From the NCBI GenBank assembly GCA_973895155.1, contig OZ316891.1, forward strand, positions 20,782,169 to 20,846,168: DNA of 64,000 nucleotides. The letters run 5' to 3'. Shown piece after piece: positions 11,471-21,789 of this stretch; the first letter of the stretch is position 1; every line of letters starts with the position of its first letter. This DNA is from Marsupella aquatica (Eukaryota > Plantae > Marchantiophyta). Below the pieces are notes generated by a model. That model saw nothing but the letters and a program-made list of their open reading frames with translations. It was not told the DNA's origin and made no database searches. The position numbers and the translations under genes are program-made.

Positions 11471-14302
11471 AGATTGAGGATCTATATGAGGTTGATCGAT
11501 ATGGCGATTCTAGAGACTACCATTTGATTCAAGAGGTGTTCAATTGAGAACTGATACTATTTTGCGGACGAACGTACAAAGCATTCATGAGGTGTTCAAT
11601 TGAGAACTGGATTGCTTTGTACTGATACTATTTTGCGTCGGGGCAGGGAGCTCTCTTTCTCCAAAAATGAGCTGGACATTTGAGGCATGCAACACCTTGA
11701 CTGGAACCTAAATCATTTCATTTGGTTCACTTTGTGAAGTCGCAAGAGTATATCTTCGACAATCGGAATAGTATCATTGTTTCTAGCAAGAAAGGAGGGG
11801 AATTAATTACCGTCGGTAGTTACTTTTAGTGGGTCGGACACTGTTGGGTTGAAATGCTGTTTGGATGGCAAGTGCGAAAGTGAATTGATGAATGAGGAGT
11901 TTTGTGTTGCTAGGTTGCATTTTTTGGAGGCACCAATGTGTTTTGCGTTGGTTGAGAGCAAACGTCGCGGGAGTGAGGCACGATGTCTTTGTATGTACAA
12001 GCTCTGAAAGGTACTAAAACTCACCTATATATATATTGTTCAAAGGCTTGTCAATCCTCCTGTCGAATGCTTTCCTAGCCTTGTGCTTCTTGGAATGCTT
12101 TCCTGCTTTCAGACTTCTCCTTTTAGACTTCTCAGACTTCTGTCAGCCTTCGAGCCCCTTCTCCCTAAGTATGTTGACTATGCTTTTTGCGATTTCAGAT
12201 GCAAATGTGCGTGACAGAGCCTGGACGATCCATTGTTGACTACGGATTTTGTGGTGACCACGTTGTGGAGAGCGGTATCCATCCATTGTCAATAATCCAT
12301 CTAGGTGTGATTGCCTTGCCTTGTATTGCTCGACTCATTGTTGGAGACTACATTGGACAGTAAATGATGTGTTTGCCATAATACGTGATCTGCTATGTGA
12401 ATGATCATGATCTACTATGTCAACAAGCACGATAGTCGCATTTGGGATCTCTCGCAGGCCGCTTATTCTGTGAGAAGTCTATGTTTGCATGGGTCTATGG
12501 AATGTTGTCAAATAATGTTATCGTTCTCAATCTTGATGCTTGATAGAGGAGAAGGAATGTAGTTGTTTAGGGTAGTAGTCCTTAAAGCCTGTGTTGTGGT
12601 TGTTGTTTGAATTTAATTTTTCATAGTTGTGGAGCAGTCAAGTTGGTCCGTTTGTGTGCCTCCTGATAACTTAAGCTGCAACCCCGGTTGCACCAAATCT
12701 GTTGTTTCTTTGTTAAAGGTGACATTAGTCATCCCAATAATTTCTAATCTGCCTACAATCAAGGTAGTCAAGTAGCTCCAAATTCAAAGATCATCAATTG
12801 TCTTTCTTCAAAGACATCATTCATCTGGCAATCGTTCATCGTTCATCTAGATATCTGGAAATCGTTCATCATTCATCATCGTTCATCTGGATATGTAAAG
12901 ATGACATTTTTAGTTTGAGGTCAGCCGATCATTCATTGAGCTATGTAATCCCATAGGTAGAGGTTGTCAGGTAGGGATCTATTTGAAATGAGGTGTTGTT
13001 TTGGAATGTACAGCGATTGGTGTTAATAGTATCCTAAACCCTGCTGCCCTTGTTCTCAAATTCATTGGTTTCATAGATTGCTATTGTAGTCCAGAGAGCC
13101 CAGCTATGTGGGCCCTCTACAAGTACACAGTAGGTCACTGAGCCAAATGTCATTATTTTTGGAAATTTGGGAGGCACGAAAGTTTCTCGGCTCTTTGTTT
13201 CAATATGTTGTGAGTAATGTGCTGTTGAGATTGGTTCTCCTGTACTAATTACTCCTTCCCTTCAAGTACTCTGTCAAAGATGAAATCCATGGCCTCCTAA
13301 TCAGATAAGTGAGTATGGATGATTCCTGTGATTGAGATTGTGTCTCACTCTGGCTTTGGGTCAAATGTTGTGCAGGTCCATGGTGCTCAGATTCCATAGC
13401 CGCCAGGGATTTAACAACAATTTGGCCTAATCGTCCCAAGCATCTACTCCGACCTGCTCCTCAAAAATTTGCACCCTTGGAATAATTATAGGTAAGCCCC
13501 TGGTGTCATATCTAAATGTAATGAAGATGTCAAAATTTCAGTATCCATTGACTAGTTAATCCATGATTGCATCCACTATTCATACCCAATGTTGTTGTGA
13601 TAAAATCCTATTGTATCAATGCACATTTGTTAATTTGTTTAGTTTCCAGATTGAAATTTTCAATCTGTCTGTCGATCTTCTTGATCTCAATGTGATTCCT
13701 TCTGCCCGTAGTTGGTACATCTACCGCAACTGCATCACTCTGCATAAAAAAACAAGTGTGTCAATTTGTTTTGCAGGTTTCTAGTGCTTCTCCTGCCTAC
13801 ATCCTTGACAAGCATTGTGCGGGTATAGTCTACCTGCGATGCCTCAATCTTACACACTGAAACAACAATCTGCTGAAGTTTGAAGAGATTAGAGCCCAAC
13901 AAAATCCGGGAACAAAAATCTTGAGGTAAGAGCTTTTGGAACTCATTGTCTGGTTCATAGTAAAGATTGTAGAGTTGAACTCGTCCATGAATTGTATGCA
14001 ATTGCCACCAATATTAAAGAGATTATGAGGAAAGACTGTTATCAGGAGATTAGCAATTGTTTGTAATGAGTACTATTACTATTAAAGAAGGGTAATGATT
14101 CTTGATCCACAGGGGCTACTCTAGCCAAAATATAGATCAATCATATATAAACTATGAAGGGTTGTCTGTCACATAATCCTAGCCCCTCAATCACACCCTC
14201 TCGAGCCTAGCTAACTAGATTTTGGGTCAATTGCTAATGAATATATTGATTAATGAGTATACTATTGATCCGGGGGTTTAGGAGGCTCATAAAACAAGAG
14301 AG

Positions 14303-14870
14303 TACCTCACCACCCACGGGCCGTGAGGCTCACTTGGATTGACTGTCTAGCATACCTCACCACCCGCGGGTTGTACGTGCAACTCACTAAAAGCTCAACA
14401 TATCTCACCACCCGCGAGCCGTGAGGCTCACTCAGACCGACTGTATAGTATACCTCACCACCCACGGGCCGTGAGGCTCACTCAAACCCATAGTCTAGCA
14501 TACCTTGCCACCCGTGGGCCGTGAGGCTCACTCAGACCGACTGTATAGGATACCTCACCACCCGCGGGCCGTGAGGCCACTCAGACCTACACTCTAGCAT
14601 ACCTTGCCACCCGCGGGCCGTGAGGCTCACTCAGACCGACTATATAGCATACCTCACCACCCACGGGCCGTGAGGCTCACTCAAACCTACTATCTAGCAT
14701 ACCTTGCAACCCGCGGGCAGTGCGGCTCACTAAGACCGGATGTCTAGCATACCTCGCCACCCGCGGGTCGTGAGGATCACTTGGACCGACTGTGTAGAAC
14801 ACCCCACCACCCACGGGCCCTGAGGCTCACTTGGATCAACTGTTTAGCATACCTCACCACCCGCGGGCTG
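14303..14870. repeat. 50-bp tandem array of hairpin/palindrome units (12 cores) directly upstream of the cargo gene
   Basis: Unit TACCTCACCACCCGCGGGCCGTGAGGCTCACTCAGACCGACTGTATAGCA starts at ~14303, 14353, 14401, 14451, 14501, 14551, 14600, 14650, 14700, 14750, 14800 and 14850. It contains a CCTCAC..GTGAGG stem and a CCCGCGGG palindrome. Confidence 0.95.
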
Positions 14871-14965
14871 TTGGCTGTGTTTGTCATCCATTCAAACAAA
14901 CTAACTATAGAGAGACCTTCCTTTTTAATTAAATAAAATTCCTTGTTTTTTGTGTGACTCCAGAT

Positions 14966-17900
14966 ATGGCTCCTAGAAATGGCAGCTCCCGAACAAAGAG
15001 CAAGACCGAAAGCTCAATTGTTGACCAGCTTGATAAGATGAAAATGATCAAAACATATCGAGGGAAAAAGATACGGGACCTTACCTCACCGGAAGCCAGC
15101 TCAATTTATAGAGTGAAGTCAAGCAACGTCTTTGATTGGGGATTAGTACTCCAGAATAAGGAATTGCGAATATGTTTCACGCACAAGGAGACGTTACATA
15201 TCGTCATGGATGCAGAAATTTTGGGATGCATCTTCAAGCGAAATATGGGGCTTGATGACCTACAAGAAGCATTGGTACTTCTCTTTGACGAAAAAGAAAC
15301 TGGAGAAACAATTGGGGTTTGCTTTGATCGAATGGATTATGGAACTTTCTCCCAGCGGAAAGTCACAGAATATCTCACCTCAAGTTCAGAATTGCTTGGT
15401 TCGAATTGTTGGGAGGGCTTTCCCATTGCACCATTGGTTCCAGATCCAGAAAGTATCTCCAGATACATCAATGCCATTTTGGAGTTCTCAAAACAACCGT
15501 TCACCGAAATATTTTCTGTCACCAGGAAAGGGGGAATTTTGGCATCAAATCCTCCAAAGGATATCACGACGAAGAACGTGGATGAATTATTTTGCAGCTT
15601 TCTAGAATCATACTCTCATCTGAACATCTTTCAGAGCAAGACTTTTGAGGTGCCTATTGAGAGATGTCACCTGGCACCAAATCACATAAAATGTCGTGAC
15701 TTTGATGAAGATTATGCCACCGAACTGAAGGCTGCTTTCTTTGGCTACTCCTCGATAACCTTTCAAAAAACTCTCTGCTTTCTTGTCCCAATAACATGGG
15801 ACTCAAAGAACAAATCAAAAGGTTACTATGGAACTCCTCTAAAAGAGGCACCGCAGAGTGATGATATTACCAACACTTGTCACTTCTGGATTCTTGGTGG
15901 GCAGCACACAATAATGGCATACAAGGCGATCCTCAAGGAAGATGATAAGCGATGCACATTTCGGGAGGATCTTCGCAAGGTTCAGGCAATTATGTTCTGG
16001 TCCCCATACAGTTTGAAAGAAAACCTCACGATGATGGGGCTCTCTCGAGCCTTGAACAATATCTAGAGAACTCAACTTGACGAGACTAACTTTCCGTTGA
16101 TAGCGTCCCAAGCACGTGCAGTATGGAAAGAGTTTGGAAGTCCAAGAAAAGAGAATGCTCAGGCAAAGGGGTCAAAATGGAAGGTAAATTATCAGACACT
16201 TCTAGATAGCATGAGCCCTACAACCCGCGGTTTGTGTGGTAACATTGAACATAATGACTTGAATCTGTATTTTCTGTAGGGTTCTAATATTATATTTTGT
16301 AATGTTTTATATTCAGGTGTTCCTTGAAGCTGCCAAGATTATTGTTCCATGGGCACGGCAGATGAAAACGTTTTCATTTACCGAGCTCAATCCGTTTATC
16401 TTTCATATGAGCCATGCAACATTCAGCAAATGGATGCGGGTATATGAGAAGTCTCGTACAGGATCCCTTATAGCGTTCAATGGTAAAACGCAAGCTCAGG
16501 CAATAACTTACAGTAACCGGAAGACTTGGCAACTGAATAGGCGATGCTTCCGAGATCTACAAGGGATGGAGGAAGCTGACATAGACAAGGTTGCCGCCTA
16601 CTTGTTGGAGAATTCAAAGATATCTCTTTTGAAGGACCGACCTCATTCAAAAGATTATGATGCTGAAGAAGCCGAAAAGTTTATTTCCATGGAAGAATTT
16701 TGTGTCAACAAGAAGTAGAAGCGAATGTTTGAGATAGATCTGTTGGAGAACTTGGGTGACGGTGGCATGAAACGTACTGAATTGAATAGCCTGAAAAAGA
16801 TTGAGAGGAAAGTTGAGGTTGATATCTTGTGCAAGAGGTATCATCTTAATAAAGAAAAGCTGAGCAGGATCAGGGATTCACTAGGAGAGGAGTATCTCAA
16901 CAAGGCATCGCAGAAAACAACCAGTGTTGGAACAATGAAGAGTCTTCTCCCAGAGGCTTTTAAGAGCGTAATTGCCGCAACAAAGAACTCCATTGACGAG
17001 TTTGGAAACCTGAAGCCTCCCCAAATCAAGGATATCCTTCAGTTACACTCGCGGAAAGGTCTGAAAACAAAGAAATTTCTTGACGAAATCTCTGAGTCCC
17101 TGAGACAACGGGTAGACTTTTTCTATTTTGACTCCACTATTCTATCTGATGACGGTCCATTCATATCCAGTTTTTACTCTATGTTCATCAGAGCAATTAA
17201 ACAGATGGGGACGGTAAATCATGTCCATGTCTCAGATCCTATTGAGTCTATTTTCATGATGAGAGAGTTAGTGTCAACTCCAGGATATTTCCCATTCCAA
17301 ACAACTTACGTCCAGAGAAGAGGCACCGAAAAGTCTCATATTTCCCTCTTTAACACAGAGCGGGATGTTACATATACTGTGACATATGCATTTTGTCAAC
17401 CTCTCTTATCAAAATCTACCGACATGACAAAGATAGGGGAAGCAATTAAGTCCAGTCTACAAACTCGGGGAACTCTCCTTAACTTTCAGGAGTCTAAAGA
17501 GGATCAGGCTGCTAGGTCTTTCCCTGGTGAGAAAAGTATTCTCTTTTTCCAATACTTGACTCGACTGTTTCTCGACAACGGAAAGCATGCTGTCTGTTTT
17601 GGAGAAGGGCTAAACTTGGTCAAATGCCTCCTGGTAAGCTTTCAAGTATTATTACAATTCTATTTTTGAATAGCTTTAACCTTATCTTAAGTTCCTCTAA
17701 CATCTTGCTTGTTTATTCCAGGAAGAAGGAGTTAAGGTTAGATCTTATTGTAAACGATCATTTCACACAGAAATGAGTGGGTATTTTGGTGCCTTGTATC
17801 CTAGTAAAGCACCATGTCTCGACAGAAAAAGGCTTGAGGCAATGATGAATGCGAAGATATCTCGAGGAAAAACCTTCAGAGAAGTCAAAGAAGATGTAAT

Positions 17901-19652
17901 TGATCATTGTAAAAGCATGCTCACATATAGTGATGAAAACGTTGAGAGAGTTTTAAAAGAGTATGAATTGAGTAACCTCCTCAGCCAGAATTGGATATAC
18001 TATTTCCCATCAAAGATGCCAGTTGGACCACTTAAAGGTTAGTCAGCCGAAACCATATACTTGATTAATTTTAATACATTCACTAACTTGATTGCACAAA
18101 TGAAATTTTGAAATCTGATTGTTGTTCCTCTGTTTCAGATGAGAAGTCTACTATCTTTGAAGATGAAATCAACACTGGAGAGTATGAATCAAGTGAGGAG
18201 GAGCCAAACGATGCAGAAGAACCAGGGTCAGAATCTGAAAACCAAGACGATGATGAAGAACCAGGGTCAGAATCTGGAAACCAAGACGAGAGCTCAAATG
18301 AGTCCATGAGTGCAGACAATCATTCAAAGAAGCGGAAGAATATGGGTGACGAAAGTGACATGGAGACTTTACAGCATAAGAGAAGTCAAAACAGGAGACG
18401 AGTTGATACTCGTCAAAAGTATACAAAAAGGAAGCAGAAACCAACCAGCGGTACCGATGACTCCGAACAGGAGTTTGATGACAATTGGAGGGAGCGGCGG
18501 ATGAAAGAAAAACAAGATCAAAAACAGCAAGCAGATGAGAAAGAGCAAAGGCAATTTACATACACTGAAGAAGGAGGAGGGGCGGATGAGGAGCAGGGAA
18601 AAACTAACCTGGATGGTGAAGGAGATGAAGATGGTGATCGTGATGAGAATGAAGGATATGGAGGTGGTGCAGGAGATGAGAATGAAGGAGATGGAGGTGG
18701 TGATGAGAAGGAAGGACATGGAGGTGATGATGAGAAAGAAGGACATGGAGGTGATGATGAGAAGGAAGGACATGGAGGTGGTGCAGGAGATGAGAATGAA
18801 GGACATGGAGGTGATGATGGGAAGGAAGGAGATGGAGGTGGTGATGAGAATGAAAGGACATGGAGGTGATGATGAGAAGGAAGGAGATGGAGGTGGTGCA
18901 GGAGATGGAGGTGGTGATGAGGAGCAGGGAAAAACGAAGCTGGATGGTGAAGGAGATGAAGATGGTGATGAGAAGCAAGGAGATGGAGGTGGTGATGACA
19001 AGGAAGGAGACCGAGGTAGTGATGACAAGGAGGAGAGCAACAAACAGAGCGATGGATACAAGGGGAAAAATGTAACAGAAGATGGAGAAAGAGAAGAAAA
19101 CTACTGGAACAAAGCCGGTGATAATGATATTGTGAAACTAAATATCCGGAATTATTTTCGATCAGTAGTAAGTCTTGAAGACACAACTCGGCCAGATAAC
19201 ATTTCGGTTGCAGACTGGGAAGTATACTTCCCCGATGAATTGAAACTTCATGCTTGGAATGGGAGACAATTTTGGACTACTGTTTTGAATGATATCTCAA
19301 CTCTAATAACACCTTCAGAGAGAAAACTCTAATAACACCTTCAGAGAGAAAAGAGTTCGAGAGAAATAAAATATTTATGGAAGAAGCTTGCGGTCGGATT
19401 GGAGAGCCCTCCATTAGCTTGATGGCCGAGGAGAATGCTTTAATTGACATGACCCAATGCGATCATGCTTGGGCAAAGTTGAATGAAGATACTTCTTCAG
19501 CTACAACCCATGGGCCGTCAGATGCGAGGTCAGATGGCAACGAAGGTGATCAGATGGAACCAAATTCTCTCAATGAAGAACAAGAAAATGAAACAGATGA
19601 AGCATACGCCGATGTTTTGCTCAATATGCCACTACCTTTCCAAGGGCATAAG
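14966..19652 (+). pseudogene. Transposon cargo gene, exons ~14966-16183, 16317-17633, 17722-18037, 18139-19652: ParB/Srx-like domain + degenerate beta-class DNA MTase-like domain + acidic repeat
   Basis: Phase-compatible GT/AG introns join the ORFs. Lesions are in-frame TAG at 16064 and 16716, a +1 frameshift near 18855 and a 26-bp duplication at 19301-19352. Motifs: FEVPIERC..RDFDEDYATELK..FWILGGQHT..LSRALNN (ParB-like); RVDFFYFDS and FPGEKSILFFQYLTRLFLDNGKHAVCFGEG (MTase-like). Domain calls are by eye. Confidence 0.7.
18585..19040 (+). repeat. Coding minisatellite, 27-33-bp units encoding G/D/E-rich repeats (GHGGDDEKE / GDGGGAGDENE)
   Basis: GGACATGGAGGTGATGATGAGAAGGAA-type units, plus a duplicated DEEQGKT.LDGEGDEDGD block. 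Confidence 0.9.
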
Positions 19653-19968
19653 GTAAACTTTCTATTATCCTAAGTAGCCTTAATGTACTGTCTAGTTTTA
19701 TTTCATCGCCTCTGGTTTATATTTTTGAGCTTATTCTAATATCAAATCACCTCATCATGCAACCAGGTAAAGGATGTTCCCACTTTCAGAAAGAGAATTT
19801 CTGCATCGGACAGAAATGGGATACACATCATAACTTTGTGATGAGATATATCAACTAAAAAAGCAGCTACTTCAAAGAGTAGAAATGGGGTCTTGCAAAA
19901 ATTTAGTTTTGTTTGCATAGATTTTATAAAACTGTAATTCTCTCATTATTTTTTTTCTTGATGTACAG

Positions 19969-20661
19969 GTGAAAAAAGTCATTATTCTTGATGTAAACAA
20001 AGTTATTTTGTTAAGTGTGTATTCTACCAAACTACTTGACCAAAGTGTCGGAGTTCGGGTCGGGTCTAAGTTCATCTACAAGAGGCGGTATTTGCGGGAG
20101 TTTCTAGATTTTTGCAAAGCAAACTTCGACGTTGCAATTTGGTCCTGCATGCAATGGCACAATCTTAAGCCTATCCTTCAAACTGTATTGACTAGTGATG
20201 ACAGAAAACAGTTAAAATTTATTGCTACTCAACAGGACACAGTTCGATTTGGCAACCATTTCAAAACCCAAAAACCAATTTTCTTGAAAGAGTTGAAAAA
20301 TCTGCGTTCGAAACTAGAAAATGACTATTATAGTGAAAACATTATACTCATTGATGACTCTCCTTACAAAACGTGCCTAAATCCATTTTACTCTTCTCTC
20401 TACCCTGAACTGTATTCTGGACAGATAGCGGACAATTTTTTCCCCAACACTCTTATTCCATACCTCAGAACACTCCTGAACTCTTCCGAAACAATGCACA
20501 AAACCATACAAAACAAATATCCTACTTGGTCATTGTTTGCACTAGTTGAAGATTGGGAAGAAAATAGAATGATCTGGTCAACTAATGACACTGTGAGGTT
20601 AGAGAGTGACCCACATCACCTCAAACGATTTAATGAGTACGCTGACATTGTTTTTCAATAA
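19969..20661 (+). CDS. FCP1/NIF-family HAD phosphatase-like domain exon (cargo)
   Basis: KKVIILDVNKVIL, YKRRYLREFLDFCKANFDVAIWS, KPIFLKELK, ENIILIDDSPYK..LNP. It begins right after acceptor TACAG|GTG and is probably spliced to the upstream cargo gene (phase 0 donor at 19653). Confidence 0.8.
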   Translation: MKKVIILDVNKVILLSVYSTKLLDQSVGVRVGSKFIYKRRYLREFLDFCKANFDVAIWSCMQWHNLKPILQTVLTSDDRKQLKFIATQQDTVRFGNHFKTQKPIFLKELKNLRSKLENDYYSENIILIDDSPYKTCLNPFYSSLYPELYSGQIADNFFPNTLIPYLRTLLNSSETMHKTIQNKYPTWSLFALVEDWEENRMIWSTNDTVRLESDPHHLKRFNEYADIVFQ

Positions 20662-20777
20662 ATGTAAGGACTCTTTTTTTCTCATGCATATTTAATGTTA
20701 ATGTTTTATTTAGTTTATTGCCTCTTTTGTTTTGTATTATTTAATGCTCAATTGCTGACATGTTTTGTGTTGTGCAG

Positions 20778-21401
20778 ATTATAAAATTTGTTTCTACCCG
20801 AAAATTACTTCTTTTCCATGTTGAAAGCATTCTCGTCTTCTCCGTTGGGTTCTCAAGGCATTTAAGAAATTCGACTGCCTTCTGCGTTAAGAAGAAAATG
20901 ATCTTTCCTAGACCATTTGTTCAAGAGTTTTTAAACTTTTGCTCTGAAAACTTTGACATTGGATTTTGGTCCCGGAATCATACTGATTGGTATGAAGTGG
21001 CCGATCATGTTGATCCACTTCTCACTGAGAAGGCTCTTGAAAGTTTTAAGATACTATGGTGCCGACGAGACGACCTTAAGTCAAATCAGTGTGGAATGAA
21101 TATCAAGATTGTTATGAAAGAAGCCCCTGGGTATTTATATGAAAATGTAGTACTCTTAGGAGAGGCAGCATCTATAAGTTTTGATTCTCCATATTATGCT
21201 GCACTTCATCCAAAACCCTTTTACGGTGATCTAGGTGACCAGTTTTTAGAAAACACTCTCATGCCCTATCTTCTAAGACTTGCTCACTCAAAGGTTAGTG
21301 CACATAGATTTATTAAATCCAACTATCCATTGTGGTCAATGAGGCCTAGAGAAGAATTCCAAAAAAGTAGAGACATTAAGGTGTCTATTTACAAAGATTA
21401 A
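20778..21401 (+). CDS. Second, more degenerate FCP1/NIF-like domain exon (cargo)
   Basis: RKLLLFHVESIL, FPRPFVQEFLNFCSENFDIGFWS, ENVVLLGE, PYYAALHP and DQFLENTLMPYL..NYPLWS parallel the preceding domain. Acceptor TGCAG|ATT at 20777/20778. The catalytic Asp residues are lost. Confidence 0.7.
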   Translation: MIKFVSTRKLLLFHVESILVFSVGFSRHLRNSTAFCVKKKMIFPRPFVQEFLNFCSENFDIGFWSRNHTDWYEVADHVDPLLTEKALESFKILWCRRDDLKSNQCGMNIKIVMKEAPGYLYENVVLLGEAASISFDSPYYAALHPKPFYGDLGDQFLENTLMPYLLRLAHSKVSAHRFIKSNYPLWSMRPREEFQKSRDIKVSIYKD

Positions 21402-21770
21402 ATAGAGTTATTTAAATTTGGTTTTAGATTAAAGACTACGTTTCATATTGTCTGTGATACTACATTCACTATAATAAAAAGTGTCCAAGTTACATTATCT
21501 TAAAGCTCTATCTTGAATTACTCTCTATTGCAAATGAATTTGATGTTTATGTTAAATTTTTCATTCCGAGTAAACCTCCATGTACTATGTACACTATATG
21601 TTCACAAACAGGATATTTTTTATTGCTACGCTCCATGGATTGTGAAAGTATTATCCTTGTGTATGGTTTAAAGAGAATCATATACCAAAAAAATACATGT
21701 ATAATACAATCATAATTAAATATAATATTAAATAATATACACTATGAATTCCGGACTTAATAAATTCTGG

Positions 21771-21789
21771 TTTTGTCTAAATTGGGGTT
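21771..21789 (-). repeat. Right terminal inverted repeat
   Basis: TTTTGTCTAAATTGGGGTT is the exact reverse complement of 2311-2329 and is followed by TSD TGAA. Confidence 0.9.

Larger units (their letters stand above)
2311..21789. mobile_element. Giant (~19.5 kb) Sola-like TIR DNA transposon carrying cargo genes
   Basis: Perfect 19-bp inverted termini: AACCCCAATTTAGACAAAA (2311-2329) and TTTTGTCTAAATTGGGGTT (21771-21789). Both are flanked by TGAA (2307-2310, 21790-21793). The element encodes a DDD-type transposase, and a 4-bp TSD is the known signature of Sola elements. Confidence 0.85.

Noticed and set aside
14303-14870. CRISPR-like appearance (hairpin repeat + ~20-bp spacer)
   Set aside because: The linkers are clearly homologous to each other and alternate as a dimer, there are no cas genes, and the context is eukaryotic. 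It is a tandem array.
18169-19186. Multiple long Ser/Pro/His-rich or Met-rich ORFs on alternate frames and strands
   Set aside because: They are shadow frames of the acidic coding minisatellite.
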